This document shows, piece after piece, positions 19,403 to 29,164 of a stretch of DNA of 64,000 nucleotides. This DNA comes from Gemmatimonadales bacterium (GTDB taxonomy: Bacteria > Gemmatimonadota > Gemmatimonadetes > Gemmatimonadales > JACORV01). Location of the stretch: contig DASXPG010000028.1 in assembly GCA_036493755.1 (NCBI GenBank), positions 138-64,137 of the forward strand, read 5' to 3'. The number at the start of each line of letters is the position of its first letter. Within the stretch, counting starts at the first letter, position 1. The notes below the pieces were generated by a model that was given only the letters and a program-made list of their open reading frames with translations, did not search any database and was not told the DNA's origin. A program made the position numbers and the translations under genes.

Positions 19403-20680
19403 ATGCCCAGCTTCATCGTCGAAGGCGGCCACCGCCTGCACGGCACCGTGCGCCCCGCCGGCAACAAGAATGCGGCGCTGCCGATCCTCGCCGCGACGCT
19501 CCTCGCCGATGGTCCGGTGACCATCCATAACGTCCCGCGGATTCGCGATGTGGACGCGATGATCGCGCTGATGGCGGCGCAGGGCGTCATCTTCAGCTGG
19601 GCCGACGACCACACCCTCATCGCCGACGCGCGGCAGGCGCGCCCCGGCGATCCGGATCCGGCGCTCTGCGCTTCGATCCGCGCCTCGATCCTCCTGGCCG
19701 GGCCGATGCTGGGGCGGTTTGGCCGAGTGCGGCTGCCGCCTCCGGGCGGCGACGTCATCGGCCGGCGGCGCGTCGATACGCATCTGCTCGCCCTCCAGCG
19801 CCTGGGCGCGGAGGTGACGGTCGGCGCGACCTACGACTTCGCGGCGAAGAAGCTCGTCGGGGACGACATCTTCCTCGACGAGGCCAGCGTCACCGGCACC
19901 GAGAATGCGCTCATGGCCGCGGCCATGGCGAAGGGCCGGACGATCCTTCGTAACGCGGCGAGCGAGCCGCATGTGCAGGATCTCGCCAACCTGCTGGTGC
20001 GGATGGGCGCGCAGATCGAAGGCATCGGCTCCAACACCTTGACCATCGAGGGCGGGCGCCCGCTGGGCGGCGCCGAATTCGCGATCGGCCCCGATCACAT
20101 CGAGATCGGCTCCTTCATCGGACTCGCGGCGGTCACCGATTCGGCGATCACCATCGAAGGCGTGCGCGCGCCCGATCTGCGCGCCACGCTGCTGGGTTTC
20201 GAGCGGCTCGGCATCGTGGCGCGGGTCGATGGTGACCGGCTCATCGTCGACAAGGGCCAGCCCCGCCGGATCAGCGAGGACATGGGCGGCCACGTCCCCA
20301 AGCTCGAAGACGCCATCTGGCCGGGCTTCCCGGCGGATCTGATGAGCATCGCGATCGTCACGGCGACCCAGTGCGCCGGGACGATTCTCTTTTTCGAGAA
20401 GCTCTTCGAGTCGCGGCTCTTCTTCGTGGACAAGCTGATCGGCATGGGCGCGCGCATCGTGCTCTGCGATCCGCATCGCTGCGTCGTCGGCGGGCCCTCG
20501 CGGCTGCGCGGCCAGAAGGTCGAGAGCCCCGACATCCGCGCCGGGATGGCGATGCTTCTCGCCGCGCTGGCGGCCGAAGGAACGAGCACCATCCACAACA
20601 TCGGACAGATCGAGCGGGGCTACGAGCGAATCCATGAACGGCTCAGTGCGCTCGGAGCCCATATTGAACGCAAAGACTAG
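19403..20680 (+). CDS. murA: UDP-N-acetylglucosamine 1-carboxyvinyltransferase
   Basis: [50 protein letters not shown] is canonical MurA. ATG at 19403. Confidence 0.95.
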   Translation: MPSFIVEGGHRLHGTVRPAGNKNAALPILAATLLADGPVTIHNVPRIRDVDAMIALMAAQGVIFSWADDHTLIADARQARPGDPDPALCASIRASILLAGPMLGRFGRVRLPPPGGDVIGRRRVDTHLLALQRLGAEVTVGATYDFAAKKLVGDDIFLDEASVTGTENALMAAAMAKGRTILRNAASEPHVQDLANLLVRMGAQIEGIGSNTLTIEGGRPLGGAEFAIGPDHIEIGSFIGLAAVTDSAITIEGVRAPDLRATLLGFERLGIVARVDGDRLIVDKGQPRRISEDMGGHVPKLEDAIWPGFPADLMSIAIVTATQCAGTILFFEKLFESRLFFVDKLIGMGARIVLCDPHRCVVGGPSRLRGQKVESPDIRAGMAMLLAALAAEGTSTIHNIGQIERGYERIHERLSALGAHIERKD

Positions 20681-20694
20681 AACACGGCAAGTGT

Positions 20695-20730
20695 GCAGAC
20701 GCCACCGACGCCGCAGACGCCGCAGTGAAG
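20695..20730 (+). repeat. 4 x 9-bp tandem repeat (GCAGACGCC-type) in the murA-pgeF spacer
   Basis: Reads gcagacgcc|accgacgcc|gcagacgcc|gcagtgaag. The listed pgeF GTG start (20725) lies inside the last unit. Confidence 0.8.
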
Positions 20731-21447
20731 ACAGCAACCGAAGCCGGTGTGTGGGGTGAGCGATTCGGGCTGGCTGCCGGAGTCTCGGATCGCTCGAACG
20801 GCTCGTTAGGCCTCTCGCTTCCCGAACCCGCCGCAACCGTCATGGCGCGTTTCCGCGCCTTCCGTGATTCCCTGCGGCCGGGCTTCAGTGCCCTTCAGAT
20901 CGCGCACCAGGTTCACGGCACGACCATCGCGCGGCATGCGGGCGTCGCCGAGGGATTCCATGTGCGCGACGACACCGACGGGCACCTCACGGCACAGCGC
21001 GGGCTGCTGGTGGCGGTCACGATCGCCGATTGCGTGCCCGTCTACCTCGCCCGTGATGACGGCAGCGCCATCGCCCTGCTGCACTGCGGCTGGCGCGGCA
21101 CGGCGGCTGGAATGCTGGAGGCCGGGATTGCTGCGCTGAGCGGTTCTGGCCATGGACTGCCCGTGTGCCCTTCCGCCCGTCTGTCGGTTTTTCTCGGTGT
21201 CTCGATCTGCGGCGACTGCTATGAGGTCGGACCCGAGGTCGTGCAGGCCGTGGAAGGTCGGCCGGTCACCGGCAAGACCCGCTTCGACCTGCGCGGCGCG
21301 CTCCTTCGACGGGCCGAGGCAGCGGGGGTGAAGGAAATCTCCGTCTCGTCGCTCTGCACCGCGCATCACGGCGAGCGCTTCTTTTCACATCGCGGAAGCA
21401 GTGGGGATGGCGGGCGGCAGATCGCCTGGCTCGGGATCCCATCCTGA
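20725..21447 (+). CDS. pgeF: Peptidoglycan editing factor PgeF (YfiH/DUF152, laccase-domain protein)
   Basis: HQVHGTTI, VTIADCVPVYL and LHCGWRGTAAG motifs. The start is uncertain: GTG 20725 lies in a tandem repeat and ATG 20842 is an alternative. Confidence 0.85.
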   Translation: MKTATEAGVWGERFGLAAGVSDRSNGSLGLSLPEPAATVMARFRAFRDSLRPGFSALQIAHQVHGTTIARHAGVAEGFHVRDDTDGHLTAQRGLLVAVTIADCVPVYLARDDGSAIALLHCGWRGTAAGMLEAGIAALSGSGHGLPVCPSARLSVFLGVSICGDCYEVGPEVVQAVEGRPVTGKTRFDLRGALLRRAEAAGVKEISVSSLCTAHHGERFFSHRGSSGDGGRQIAWLGIPS

Positions 21448-21503
21448 GTCGCAGTACCTCGTTCCGCCCGGACATCGAGGGCCTGCGAGGCGTCGCGGTA
21501 TTC

Positions 21504-23390
21504 ATGGTTGTCGCCTACCACTGCGGCATACCCGGCTTCGGCAGCGGCCTCATCGGTGTGGATGTGTTCTTTGTCCTCTCGGGCTACCTGATCACCGGAC
21601 TGCTGGCGGCCGAGGTCGAGCGAGCGGGACGAGTGGAGCTTCTCCAGTTCTATGCGCGCCGGATCCGGAGGCTGCTGCCGGCGGCGTCACTTCTGCTGGT
21701 GGTGACCATGGCCGCGGCGGCGGTGTTGCAGTCCCCGGCCGAGATGGAAGCGGTGGGACACGCCGCTCGCGCCACCGCCGTCTACGCCGGCAATTTCTAT
21801 TTCCGCACTGCCGCCGCCGATTATTTTGCCCGCAGCGAAAGAGTCAATCCGCTCCTCCATACCTGGACCCTGGGAGTCGAGGAGCAGTTCTACCTCTTCT
21901 GGCCGATCCTGGTCATGCTGGGACTACAGGTCTGGCGCTCGCGGCGCGCGCTGCTGACGCTGCTATTCGGCCTGACGGCGTTGTCGCTCGCGTTCTGCAT
22001 CCGCACCTCGTCAATCCACGCGTCGGTTGCCTTCTACATGTTGCCTGCCCGGGCGTGGGAGTTCGGCGTGGGCGGGCTCGCGGCGCTGGCCCAGCCATCG
22101 CTCCGGTTTTCCGCCAGGGTCCGCGTCGTCGTCGGTTGGGGTGCGCTGGCGGCGTTGGCGGCATCGGCCTGGTTGTTGCCCGCGGTGTCCCACGCCTTCC
22201 CTGGCTGGGTCGCGGCCATTCCGGTCCTGGCGACCGCGCTGGCGCTCGTATCGGGAGTGCCCGAGACGGCCGGGGGTGCAGGGATGATGCTCGGATCGCG
22301 GCTGCTGCAGCTGCTGGGACGGCTCTCGTACTCCTGGTACCTGTGGCACTGGCCCTTCCTGGTGCTCGCGGCCGACATCGTCCTCATCCCGTCCATCTGG
22401 CTGAAGTCGGGTGTGGCGCTGGCGGCACTCGGCGTCGCGGCAATCACCCAGCGGCTGGTCGAAAATCCCATCCGCTCTCACCCCCGTCTCGTCGCCAGCC
22501 TGCGCGCCACTTTCGCGATGGCCGCGGTGCTCACGTTCGGCAGCGCCGCCCTGGGCACGGCACTCATCCGTCATGCGGCAGCCCGTGGTCGGTTGCCCAC
22601 ACTGGCGGCGATTGCCACCGCTCGCGACGACAGGGGGCGTTTCCCGCGCGATGCGTGCCTGCCGACCACCGACCATCCTGCCCAGGCCCGTTTCTGCGTA
22701 CTGGGCGACACGGCTTCGGCCATTTCGCTGGTCCTCTTCGGGGATTCGCACGCCATGCAATGGTTCAACGCGCTGGATGATGTCGCGCTCCAGCGCCGGT
22801 GGAGATTGATCGTCCTGGCCAAACCCGGTTGTCATGCCGCCGGGACGCCCTCGTGGGACGCCGTCTATGGCGATTGTCTGCGTTGGCGCGAGAATGCGCT
22901 GGCGACCATCGATTCGATTCATCCGGAGATGGTGGTCATCGCGAACTCGACCGCACAGCTTCCATCGAGGGATATAGCAGGCTTGCGCGCCGCGACCGCC
23001 GGAACGCTGCGCCGGATTGCTGCGCACTCGCGCGTCATGCTGATCCGCGACAATCCATTTTTTTCCTATGACGTGTCGGACTGCCTGGGCCGGCACGGAG
23101 GACTGAGTGGCGGCGCCAGTTGTTCGCAGCCTGCGTCCCGGGTGGTACGGCCCGACGTCTTCGCCGCTGAATCGAGCGCCGCGCGGGATGTGCCCGGCGT
23201 CGGGCTGCTGGATCTGACGGGCCGGCTCTGTGCCGGGAATTACTGCTCGGTGGTGCAGGGTGGCAGAATGGTTTACCGCGACGCGGGGCATCTCACGGCC
23301 GGGTTCGCCGAACGCCTCGCCCCGGTTCTCGACTCGGCTCTGACCGCGCTGACAGGGCAGGCACGCATGAGCGGGCCGACGCCGCGCTAA
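21504..23390 (+). CDS. Acyltransferase family 3 membrane protein with a C-terminal SGNH-like domain (OafA-like)
   Basis: Multi-TM acyltransferase-3 core plus a C-terminal LVLFGDSHAMQW box. 21504 is the first canonical start. The conserved N-terminal motif RPDIEGLRGVAV is encoded in frame upstream (21465-21500) with no ATG/GTG/TTG, so the real start is probably non-canonical (for example CTG 21444). Confidence 0.85.
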   Translation: MVVAYHCGIPGFGSGLIGVDVFFVLSGYLITGLLAAEVERAGRVELLQFYARRIRRLLPAASLLLVVTMAAAAVLQSPAEMEAVGHAARATAVYAGNFYFRTAAADYFARSERVNPLLHTWTLGVEEQFYLFWPILVMLGLQVWRSRRALLTLLFGLTALSLAFCIRTSSIHASVAFYMLPARAWEFGVGGLAALAQPSLRFSARVRVVVGWGALAALAASAWLLPAVSHAFPGWVAAIPVLATALALVSGVPETAGGAGMMLGSRLLQLLGRLSYSWYLWHWPFLVLAADIVLIPSIWLKSGVALAALGVAAITQRLVENPIRSHPRLVASLRATFAMAAVLTFGSAALGTALIRHAAARGRLPTLAAIATARDDRGRFPRDACLPTTDHPAQARFCVLGDTASAISLVLFGDSHAMQWFNALDDVALQRRWRLIVLAKPGCHAAGTPSWDAVYGDCLRWRENALATIDSIHPEMVVIANSTAQLPSRDIAGLRAATAGTLRRIAAHSRVMLIRDNPFFSYDVSDCLGRHGGLSGGASCSQPASRVVRPDVFAAESSAARDVPGVGLLDLTGRLCAGNYCSVVQGGRMVYRDAGHLTAGFAERLAPVLDSALTALTGQARMSGPTPR

Positions 23391-23442
23391 GAGAGGCGGC
23401 GCCGGAGTCGCGCATCGCCGGACGCCTGCATACATTCGCCGC

Positions 23443-25170
23443 GTGCGCTATCCGGTATTTCTGATTCCTCTCCTCACCGCCGCGCGTCTTGCTGCCCAGT
23501 GCCCCGACGGCTCGCCGCCACCCTGTAATCGCGCGCGCCCTCGGCCCGCGGCCCCGGTGCTCAGCGTCGCCATCCTCGATTTCCAGAATCTCTCCCACGA
23601 TACCAGCGACGCTTATCTCGCCGACGGTGTCGCGGAAGAGGTTGCCGAGCGGCTGGTCCGGGTGCAACGTCTCACCGTGGTGTCCCGGACGGCCGTCGAG
23701 CGCCTGCCCAACGCGTCCACCATGCCCACCTCGGACCTTGGTCGGGCGCTGAACGTGTCCTTCCTGGTGACCGGTTCGGTGCGCCGGGCCGGGGGCCGCG
23801 TGCGGGTGGGTGTCGCGCTGCTGCGCGCTGCGACCGGGGTGCAGGGATGGGCCGACCAATACGATCGCGACCAGGGCGACCTGCTCGAGATGCAGGACGA
23901 GATCGCGTCGAGCGTGGCAAGCGAAATCACCGGGCGCCTGCTGCCCGCCGAGTCGCACGCGCTGGAGCGCCGGCCCGCACCGAACCCGGGGGCATACGAC
24001 GCCTATCTCAAGGGTCTTGCGGTTCTCAAGGTGCACCCGGTCGCCGGACACAGCGAGGCGCTGCCGTGGTTCGCTCGCGCCGTCAGCCTCGATTCGTCGT
24101 TCGCCGACGCCTGGGGGATGATCGGGCTCTGCGACGCGCTGATTCACGACCTCACCGCTCCCGCCACCGATACGGTGATCATCCAGGGCCGGGCCGCGGC
24201 CGATCGTGCCATCACGCTCGCCCCCGAAGGCAGCATCGGACACGTGGCGCTCGGCTTCGTGCTGTACCGCGCCGGGTACGACTATGCCGGAGCCGAACGC
24301 GAGTTTCGGCTGGCGATCGCGCATGATCCCAACAGCCGGGATGCCTACAGCGGGCTGGCGACGATCTACAAGCGACAGGGGCGCTGGGAAGAGTCGATTG
24401 CCGCGCGGATGCGTGCCATCACGCTGGACCCGCTCGATCCCGCCCAACCCGGCGAAATGGCGGTCGTCATGCAATACCGGCATCGCTGGGCGGAGACGCA
24501 GGCATGGATGGAGCGAGTCGAGCTGCTGGCGCCGGGGGAGTCGCTCACGGTTCGCTATTTCAGGATTGCTGATCTGCTCCTGGAGGGTCGCCTCGACTCG
24601 ATCCAGGCAGAAATCTCACGCCACCCGTCGTCCGACGCGCTCATCTACGGGCCCATTGTTGCCGTGAACCTGCTCGACACCGCCCGGATTCGCGCCGCGG
24701 TGCACGGCGCGCGAGTCGAAGGCGACCCTGTGTATCAATACCTTAACATGCAGGACATCGCGCAGCTCGCGGGCCTGCGTGACCTGCATCGGGAGATGGT
24801 CGATTCGCTCCGAGCCGCGCTCGCTCGCGCCCCGGCGGCGGATACTTCGACCAACTCCGTCGAAGGGGCGCTTCACATGGCCTTTGTGCTGGCCGCCTTC
24901 GGCGACAGCGCGGCAGCCGGGCGACTCCTCGCGCGGGCCGAGGCCGGGCTGGGTGCCCTGAACGACGTCCTCCGGCGGGGCGATGCGGAAGAGAACATCA
25001 CCGAGCTGCTGATGCGCCTGGGTCGCACGTCCGAGGTCCTCGAGCGGCTGCCGCGCCAGCTCTCCGGAACCGGACCGCTGACTGCCGCGGTGCTGCGCAT
25101 CGACCCGGTTTACAAGCCCCTCTGGGACGACTCGCGCTTCGAGGCCATCCTGGCGGCGCACCCCAATTGA
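23443..25170 (+). CDS. Secreted protein with an N-terminal TolB-N/FlgO-like module and TPR repeats
   Basis: Signal peptide, then a CPDGSPPPC motif, then the SVAILDFQNLSHDTSDAYLADGVAEEVAERL module. This module also occurs in the next gene and in the C-terminal half of the kinase at 56777. TPR-like helices follow. Confidence 0.75.
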   Translation: MRYPVFLIPLLTAARLAAQCPDGSPPPCNRARPRPAAPVLSVAILDFQNLSHDTSDAYLADGVAEEVAERLVRVQRLTVVSRTAVERLPNASTMPTSDLGRALNVSFLVTGSVRRAGGRVRVGVALLRAATGVQGWADQYDRDQGDLLEMQDEIASSVASEITGRLLPAESHALERRPAPNPGAYDAYLKGLAVLKVHPVAGHSEALPWFARAVSLDSSFADAWGMIGLCDALIHDLTAPATDTVIIQGRAAADRAITLAPEGSIGHVALGFVLYRAGYDYAGAEREFRLAIAHDPNSRDAYSGLATIYKRQGRWEESIAARMRAITLDPLDPAQPGEMAVVMQYRHRWAETQAWMERVELLAPGESLTVRYFRIADLLLEGRLDSIQAEISRHPSSDALIYGPIVAVNLLDTARIRAAVHGARVEGDPVYQYLNMQDIAQLAGLRDLHREMVDSLRAALARAPAADTSTNSVEGALHMAFVLAAFGDSAAAGRLLARAEAGLGALNDVLRRGDAEENITELLMRLGRTSEVLERLPRQLSGTGPLTAAVLRIDPVYKPLWDDSRFEAILAAHPN

Positions 25171-26723
25171 TGCATCTGTCCGGTCGATCGATCGTGGCGC
25201 TCATCGCCTTGCTGGCCGGCGCGCGTTCGTTGCGCGCCCAGTGCCCCGATGGCACGCCGCCACCGTGCACCCGCGCCGCGCCCCGCGCGACGGCTCCGAG
25301 CGGCAACAGCGTCGCGGTCCTGGCATTCGAGAATCTCAGCCGTGATACCGGCGATGCCTACATCGCCGAAGGATTGACCGAAGAGATCACGGCCCGCCTG
25401 GGACAGGTAAATCGGCTCGCCGTCACCTCGCGCACTTCGGTGCGCCGGCTGCGCAACGCGGCCGACTTGCAGACGCCGGAACTGGGCCGCGCGTTGAATG
25501 CCGTCTACCTCCTGAACGGCAGCGTGCGCCACGCCGGCGAGCGGCTGCGGGTGACGGTCGAGCTGGTCCGCGCGACGTCGGGCGCGCGCGTCTGGGGCGA
25601 CCAGTTCGATCGCAACACCGGCGATTTGTTGACCATTGAAGAAGATATCGCCCGCGCCGTGGCGACCGACATCGCCGGACAGTTGCTGCCGGCCGAGCGA
25701 GTCACCCTGGCCGCGCGGCCGACGCAGAGCACCGAGGCATACGACCACTACCTTCGCGGGCTCCGTGCCTTGCGATCATTCAGCCCCGCGACGCTGGGAA
25801 CGGCGGTGCAGGAGAACGAGGCGGCGTTGCGCCTGGATTCCGCGTTTGCGAGTGCGCGGGGCAATCTGTCGCTGGCCTATGCGCTTTCGCTCAACTGGGG
25901 ATACGCCCTGCCGGGTATTGCCTTCCAGCAGCTGCTGCCGTTGGCAATGCGGGAATCGGGGCGTGCGCTGCGCGACAGCCCGAACTCGGCGCAGGCGTGG
26001 CTTGCACGCGGCGTCCTGTTGATATTTCTTCGGCCACGAACCTTCGACGGTGCGGAGGAGGCGATCCGGCACGCCCTCAGCCTCGACCCGGACAACGCCC
26101 AGATCTACCAGTGGCTCGCGCTGCTCAGGCGGCGGCTCGGCGACTTCGAGCACTCGCGGCAGTACTATGCTCGGTGTAGCGATCTGGACCCCAGCCAGGT
26201 CATCTGCGTCGCCGACCGAGGTTTCCTCGCCTACCAGCTTCGCCAGTACGAGGAGGCTCGGCGATGGTATGACAGCGCGCTGGTGATCGACACGGTCGCG
26301 TGGCAGAACTTCCTGTTCGCCGCACGCGCCTCCTGGGGCGCGGGGGACAGCGCGGGCGCGCTGAGGCAGGCGCGGCTTGGCGCGGTACGCAGCGGCGGCC
26401 AGCTCATCGCGCTCGCCACCCTGGCGCAACTGGAGGGACTCACCGGAGCGGTCGGCGCGGGGCACGCGATGATCGATACCATCGCCACGCGGCTGGAAGC
26501 ACTCGACAGCGTCAGCGTGCGCGACGGATACGAAGCGGCGCTGGCGCTGATCGGCACCGGGCAGAACGAGCGCGCGCTCGCGCTGCTCGCGAAGACCCGG
26601 CCGGTCGGGGCGTGGCTCTGGACCTACCTGGTGTTTCCGGGATTCGATCCGGTGAGAAACGACCCGCGCTTCCAGCGAATCTTCGCCGAGGCGCGTCCGC
26701 CTAACGCACCAACTCTGCCCTGA
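25170..26723 (+). CDS. Paralogous secreted TolB-N/FlgO-like + TPR protein
   Basis: Same architecture as the upstream gene (AQCPDGTPPPC, SVAVLAFENLSRDTGDAYIAEGLTEEITARL). ATG 25170 shares one base with the upstream TGA. TTG 25167 is the start in the ORF track. Confidence 0.75.
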   Translation: MHLSGRSIVALIALLAGARSLRAQCPDGTPPPCTRAAPRATAPSGNSVAVLAFENLSRDTGDAYIAEGLTEEITARLGQVNRLAVTSRTSVRRLRNAADLQTPELGRALNAVYLLNGSVRHAGERLRVTVELVRATSGARVWGDQFDRNTGDLLTIEEDIARAVATDIAGQLLPAERVTLAARPTQSTEAYDHYLRGLRALRSFSPATLGTAVQENEAALRLDSAFASARGNLSLAYALSLNWGYALPGIAFQQLLPLAMRESGRALRDSPNSAQAWLARGVLLIFLRPRTFDGAEEAIRHALSLDPDNAQIYQWLALLRRRLGDFEHSRQYYARCSDLDPSQVICVADRGFLAYQLRQYEEARRWYDSALVIDTVAWQNFLFAARASWGAGDSAGALRQARLGAVRSGGQLIALATLAQLEGLTGAVGAGHAMIDTIATRLEALDSVSVRDGYEAALALIGTGQNERALALLAKTRPVGAWLWTYLVFPGFDPVRNDPRFQRIFAEARPPNAPTLP

Positions 26724-26729
26724 GCGGTT

Positions 26730-27125
26730 CTAGCGCGTCGTCAGGACGATCGCGCCGCCCAGATTGTCGAGTCCCAGCTCACCCTGCGCTTCCGACGGCG
26801 ACAGATAGCGGATTCCCGTCAGGCCGCTGAGGTTCATCTGCGACAGCACGGTCAGCGTCCCCATCAGATGAATGTCCATATAGACATTGGGCTGGACCGG
26901 AAAGCCGTTCACGTTGTTGAGTGAGCGCAGCCACTCGGGATGAACGCGCTGGATGAGATCGTAGACGTTGCCCGTCCCCTGAGCCATCGCCTCCTGGATC
27001 TCGATGATGCTGATGCGGTTGCGCTGGGGCGCACCCGGCGTGGGACCGGAGCCAGGGTGGTGGCCGGCGCAGCCCGCACCGAGGGCGAGAGTGACGATCG
27101 CAAGTTGTTTGATCAGGACGCGCAT
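26730..27125 (-). CDS. Small lipoprotein, possibly with a TonB-plug-like fold
   Basis: Only the last 131 codons of the listed ORF are plausible, starting at ATG 27125 (MRVLIKQLAIVTLALGAGCAG, lipobox). The tail IRYLSPSEAQGELGLDNLGGAIVLTTR resembles the end of TonB-receptor plug domains; this is a weak judgement by eye. Confidence 0.5.
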   Translation of the reverse strand: MRVLIKQLAIVTLALGAGCAGHHPGSGPTPGAPQRNRISIIEIQEAMAQGTGNVYDLIQRVHPEWLRSLNNVNGFPVQPNVYMDIHLMGTLTVLSQMNLSGLTGIRYLSPSEAQGELGLDNLGGAIVLTTR

Positions 27126-27228
27126 AACGAGAAGCTCCGGCAGGAGGATCCGGTCCAAAGATACACGCCTGTGCCCGGGGTGTTTCGCTGAGGTAGCATG
27201 GGCCCGGGACCTCCGCGCCGGGCGACGC

Positions 27229-27258
27229 TTGACGGCAAGCGGCGCCCCGGGGTACGTT
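27229..27258 (+). promoter_or_regulatory. Candidate sigma70-like promoter for the rimP-nusA-infB operon
   Basis: TTGACG (27229-27234), then a 17-18 bp spacer, then GTACGT/TACGTT. It lies about 45 nt upstream of the leader terminator. This is a weak match by eye. Confidence 0.25.
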
Positions 27259-27302
27259 TCTTCGCTGTCCGGCAGAGGGGCTGAGCCGGATCGGCAGTTG
27301 GA

Positions 27303-27336
27303 TGTGGGGGAGGTCAGCCCCACATTTTCTTTTTTT
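27303..27336 (+). terminator. Intrinsic terminator/attenuator in the rimP-nusA leader
   Basis: Stem TGTGGGG (27303-27309) / CCCCACA (27318-27324), 8-nt loop, then ttttcttttttt (27325-27336). It is oriented with the downstream operon and there is no upstream plus-strand gene for it to terminate. Confidence 0.7.
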
Positions 27337-27345
27337 GGGACTCCA

Positions 27346-27813
27346 TTGGACCGGCACGAGCTCGAAGCGCGATTGGCCGAGTTGCTGGCGGCGCTTGGTT
27401 TCGAGCTGGTGGACCTGCGCCATGGCGGCTCGGCCCGCCGCCCGCATCTCTCCGTCCGCATCGATTGGGCCGAAGCTGTGCCCGGCCGCACGGTGACCGT
27501 GGACGACTGCGCCGTCGTGAGCCGCGCGCTGGAAGCGTGGCTCGACGAAACGGGCGTGGGCGAGGGTCGGTACATCCTCGAGGTTTCGAGCCCCGGTATG
27601 GACCGGCCGCTGCGGCGGCTGCAGGACTGGCGGCGCTTCACGGGCCGCAAAGTGGACGTGCTGATCCCGCAGTGGGGCGGGCGATTCAGGGTCACCCACA
27701 TCGGTGTTGTCGACGGTCCGGAGCCCTCGGTGGAGCTGGAAATGCCCAAGGGTGATCGACGGACCATTACGCTGGCGGAAATCAAGGAAGCGCGCCTCGC
27801 CGTCGACTGGTAG
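27346..27813 (+). CDS. rimP: Ribosome maturation factor RimP
   Basis: DRHELEARLAELLAALGFELVDL... is a typical RimP N-terminus, and the gene lies just before nusA. I chose TTG 27346, immediately after the leader terminator (155 aa). GTG 27304 and earlier starts would lie inside or upstream of the terminator. Confidence 0.8.
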   Translation: MDRHELEARLAELLAALGFELVDLRHGGSARRPHLSVRIDWAEAVPGRTVTVDDCAVVSRALEAWLDETGVGEGRYILEVSSPGMDRPLRRLQDWRRFTGRKVDVLIPQWGGRFRVTHIGVVDGPEPSVELEMPKGDRRTITLAEIKEARLAVDW

Positions 27814-27832
27814 GCGCCGGAGTCAATCGCAC

Positions 27833-29164
27833 ATGGCAAGCAGTTCGGAAGTTCTGAGCGCGTTCAAGGAGCTGGCCCAGCTCAAGCAGCTGGACCGGAC
27901 GGAATTGCGCGACCTGATCCGGGATGGCGTGCTCGCGGCGCTGGCCAAGAAATACGGCCCCAACGTGCGGGCCGAAATCGAGATCGACGAAATGACCGGC
28001 ACCATCAAGATCACGGTGCTGAAGGAAGTCGTCGCCGAAATCGAGGATTCGAGCCGGCAGGTCTCGCTCGAGGAAGCGCGCTACGACGATCCCGATTTCC
28101 AGGTCGGCGACGTCCTGGAGACCGACGTCGATTTCGCCGAGTTCGGCCGCTCCGCGGTGCAGGCGGCGAAGCAGCGCATCATCCAGCGGGTCCGCGAGGG
28201 CGAGCGCTCCCGCATCCGCGAAGAATTCGCCGGACGCGAGGGCGAGCTGCTCTCCGGCGAGGTCCAGCAGATCGAGCGTGGCAAGCTGGTGATGATGCTG
28301 GCCAAGTTCCGCGAGGCCGAAGCGATCATCCCCTACCGCGAGCAGAATCACCGCGAGCATTTCCACCAGGGCGACACCATCCGCGCCTGCCTCAAGCGGC
28401 TGGAAGAGACACCCAAGGGTCCGCGGCTGATCCTCTCCCGCGCCGACCCGATGTTCGTGAAGGCGCTCTTCCGCCTCGAGGTGCCGGAAATCCAGCAGCA
28501 GATCGTGGATATCCGCGCCGCGGCGCGCGAAGTCGGCAGCCGCACCAAGATCGCGGTCTTCTCGCGCGACGACGGGATCGATCCGGTCGGCGCCTGCGTC
28601 GGCCTCAAGGGCTCGCGGGTGCAGGCGGTCGTCAACGAGCTGGGCGGCGAGCGTATCGACATCGTGCCCTGGAGCCCCGACCCCGAGCGGTTCGCCCGGC
28701 TGGCGCTGGCCCCGGCGCGCGTGGCGCGCGTCTTTTCTGATCCCGAGACCAAGACCATCCAGGCGATCGTCGACGAAGACCAGCTGAGCCTCGCGATCGG
28801 CCGCAACGGCCAGAACGTGCGGCTCGCCTCCGAGCTGACCGGCTGGAAGATCGATCTCTATTCCAGCCGCGAATGGCTGGAACGCGGTGGCGAGGGCGGA
28901 CTCTTCGCGCCGCTGCCGCTCAAGCAGGACGAGGACGCGGCCGCCGTGGCGGTGTCGCTGGCCGAGCTTCAAGGGATCACGCAGGATCTGCTCTCGGTGC
29001 TGACCTCCGCCGGCTACAAGACGCTCGGCGACATCATCGATCTCGAAGGCGATGAGATCAAGGCGCTGCCGGGAATCACCGAAGAGATGGCCGGCCGGCT
29101 CATCGCGCTGATCGACGAGCTGACCATGGGCGATGAAACCGACGCCGCGGTCGGAGCGCCGTGA
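27833..29164 (+). CDS. nusA: Transcription termination/antitermination factor NusA
   Basis: MASSSEVLSAFKELAQLKQLDR..., S1 and KH regions (GSRTKIAV...DPVGACVGLKGSRVQAVVNELGGERIDIV), and a C-terminal HhH region. ATG at 27833. Confidence 0.95.
   Translation: MASSSEVLSAFKELAQLKQLDRTELRDLIRDGVLAALAKKYGPNVRAEIEIDEMTGTIKITVLKEVVAEIEDSSRQVSLEEARYDDPDFQVGDVLETDVDFAEFGRSAVQAAKQRIIQRVREGERSRIREEFAGREGELLSGEVQQIERGKLVMMLAKFREAEAIIPYREQNHREHFHQGDTIRACLKRLEETPKGPRLILSRADPMFVKALFRLEVPEIQQQIVDIRAAAREVGSRTKIAVFSRDDGIDPVGACVGLKGSRVQAVVNELGGERIDIVPWSPDPERFARLALAPARVARVFSDPETKTIQAIVDEDQLSLAIGRNGQNVRLASELTGWKIDLYSSREWLERGGEGGLFAPLPLKQDEDAAAVAVSLAELQGITQDLLSVLTSAGYKTLGDIIDLEGDEIKALPGITEEMAGRLIALIDELTMGDETDAAVGAP

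Noticed and set aside
19349-20836. Upstream 495 codons of the 634-aa minus-strand ORF 18932..20836
   Set aside because: This part is antisense to a clear murA gene and has an Arg/Gly/Asp-rich composition typical of shadow ORFs in GC-rich DNA. Only the last 138 codons (18932-19348, a TM helix plus coiled coil) were kept.
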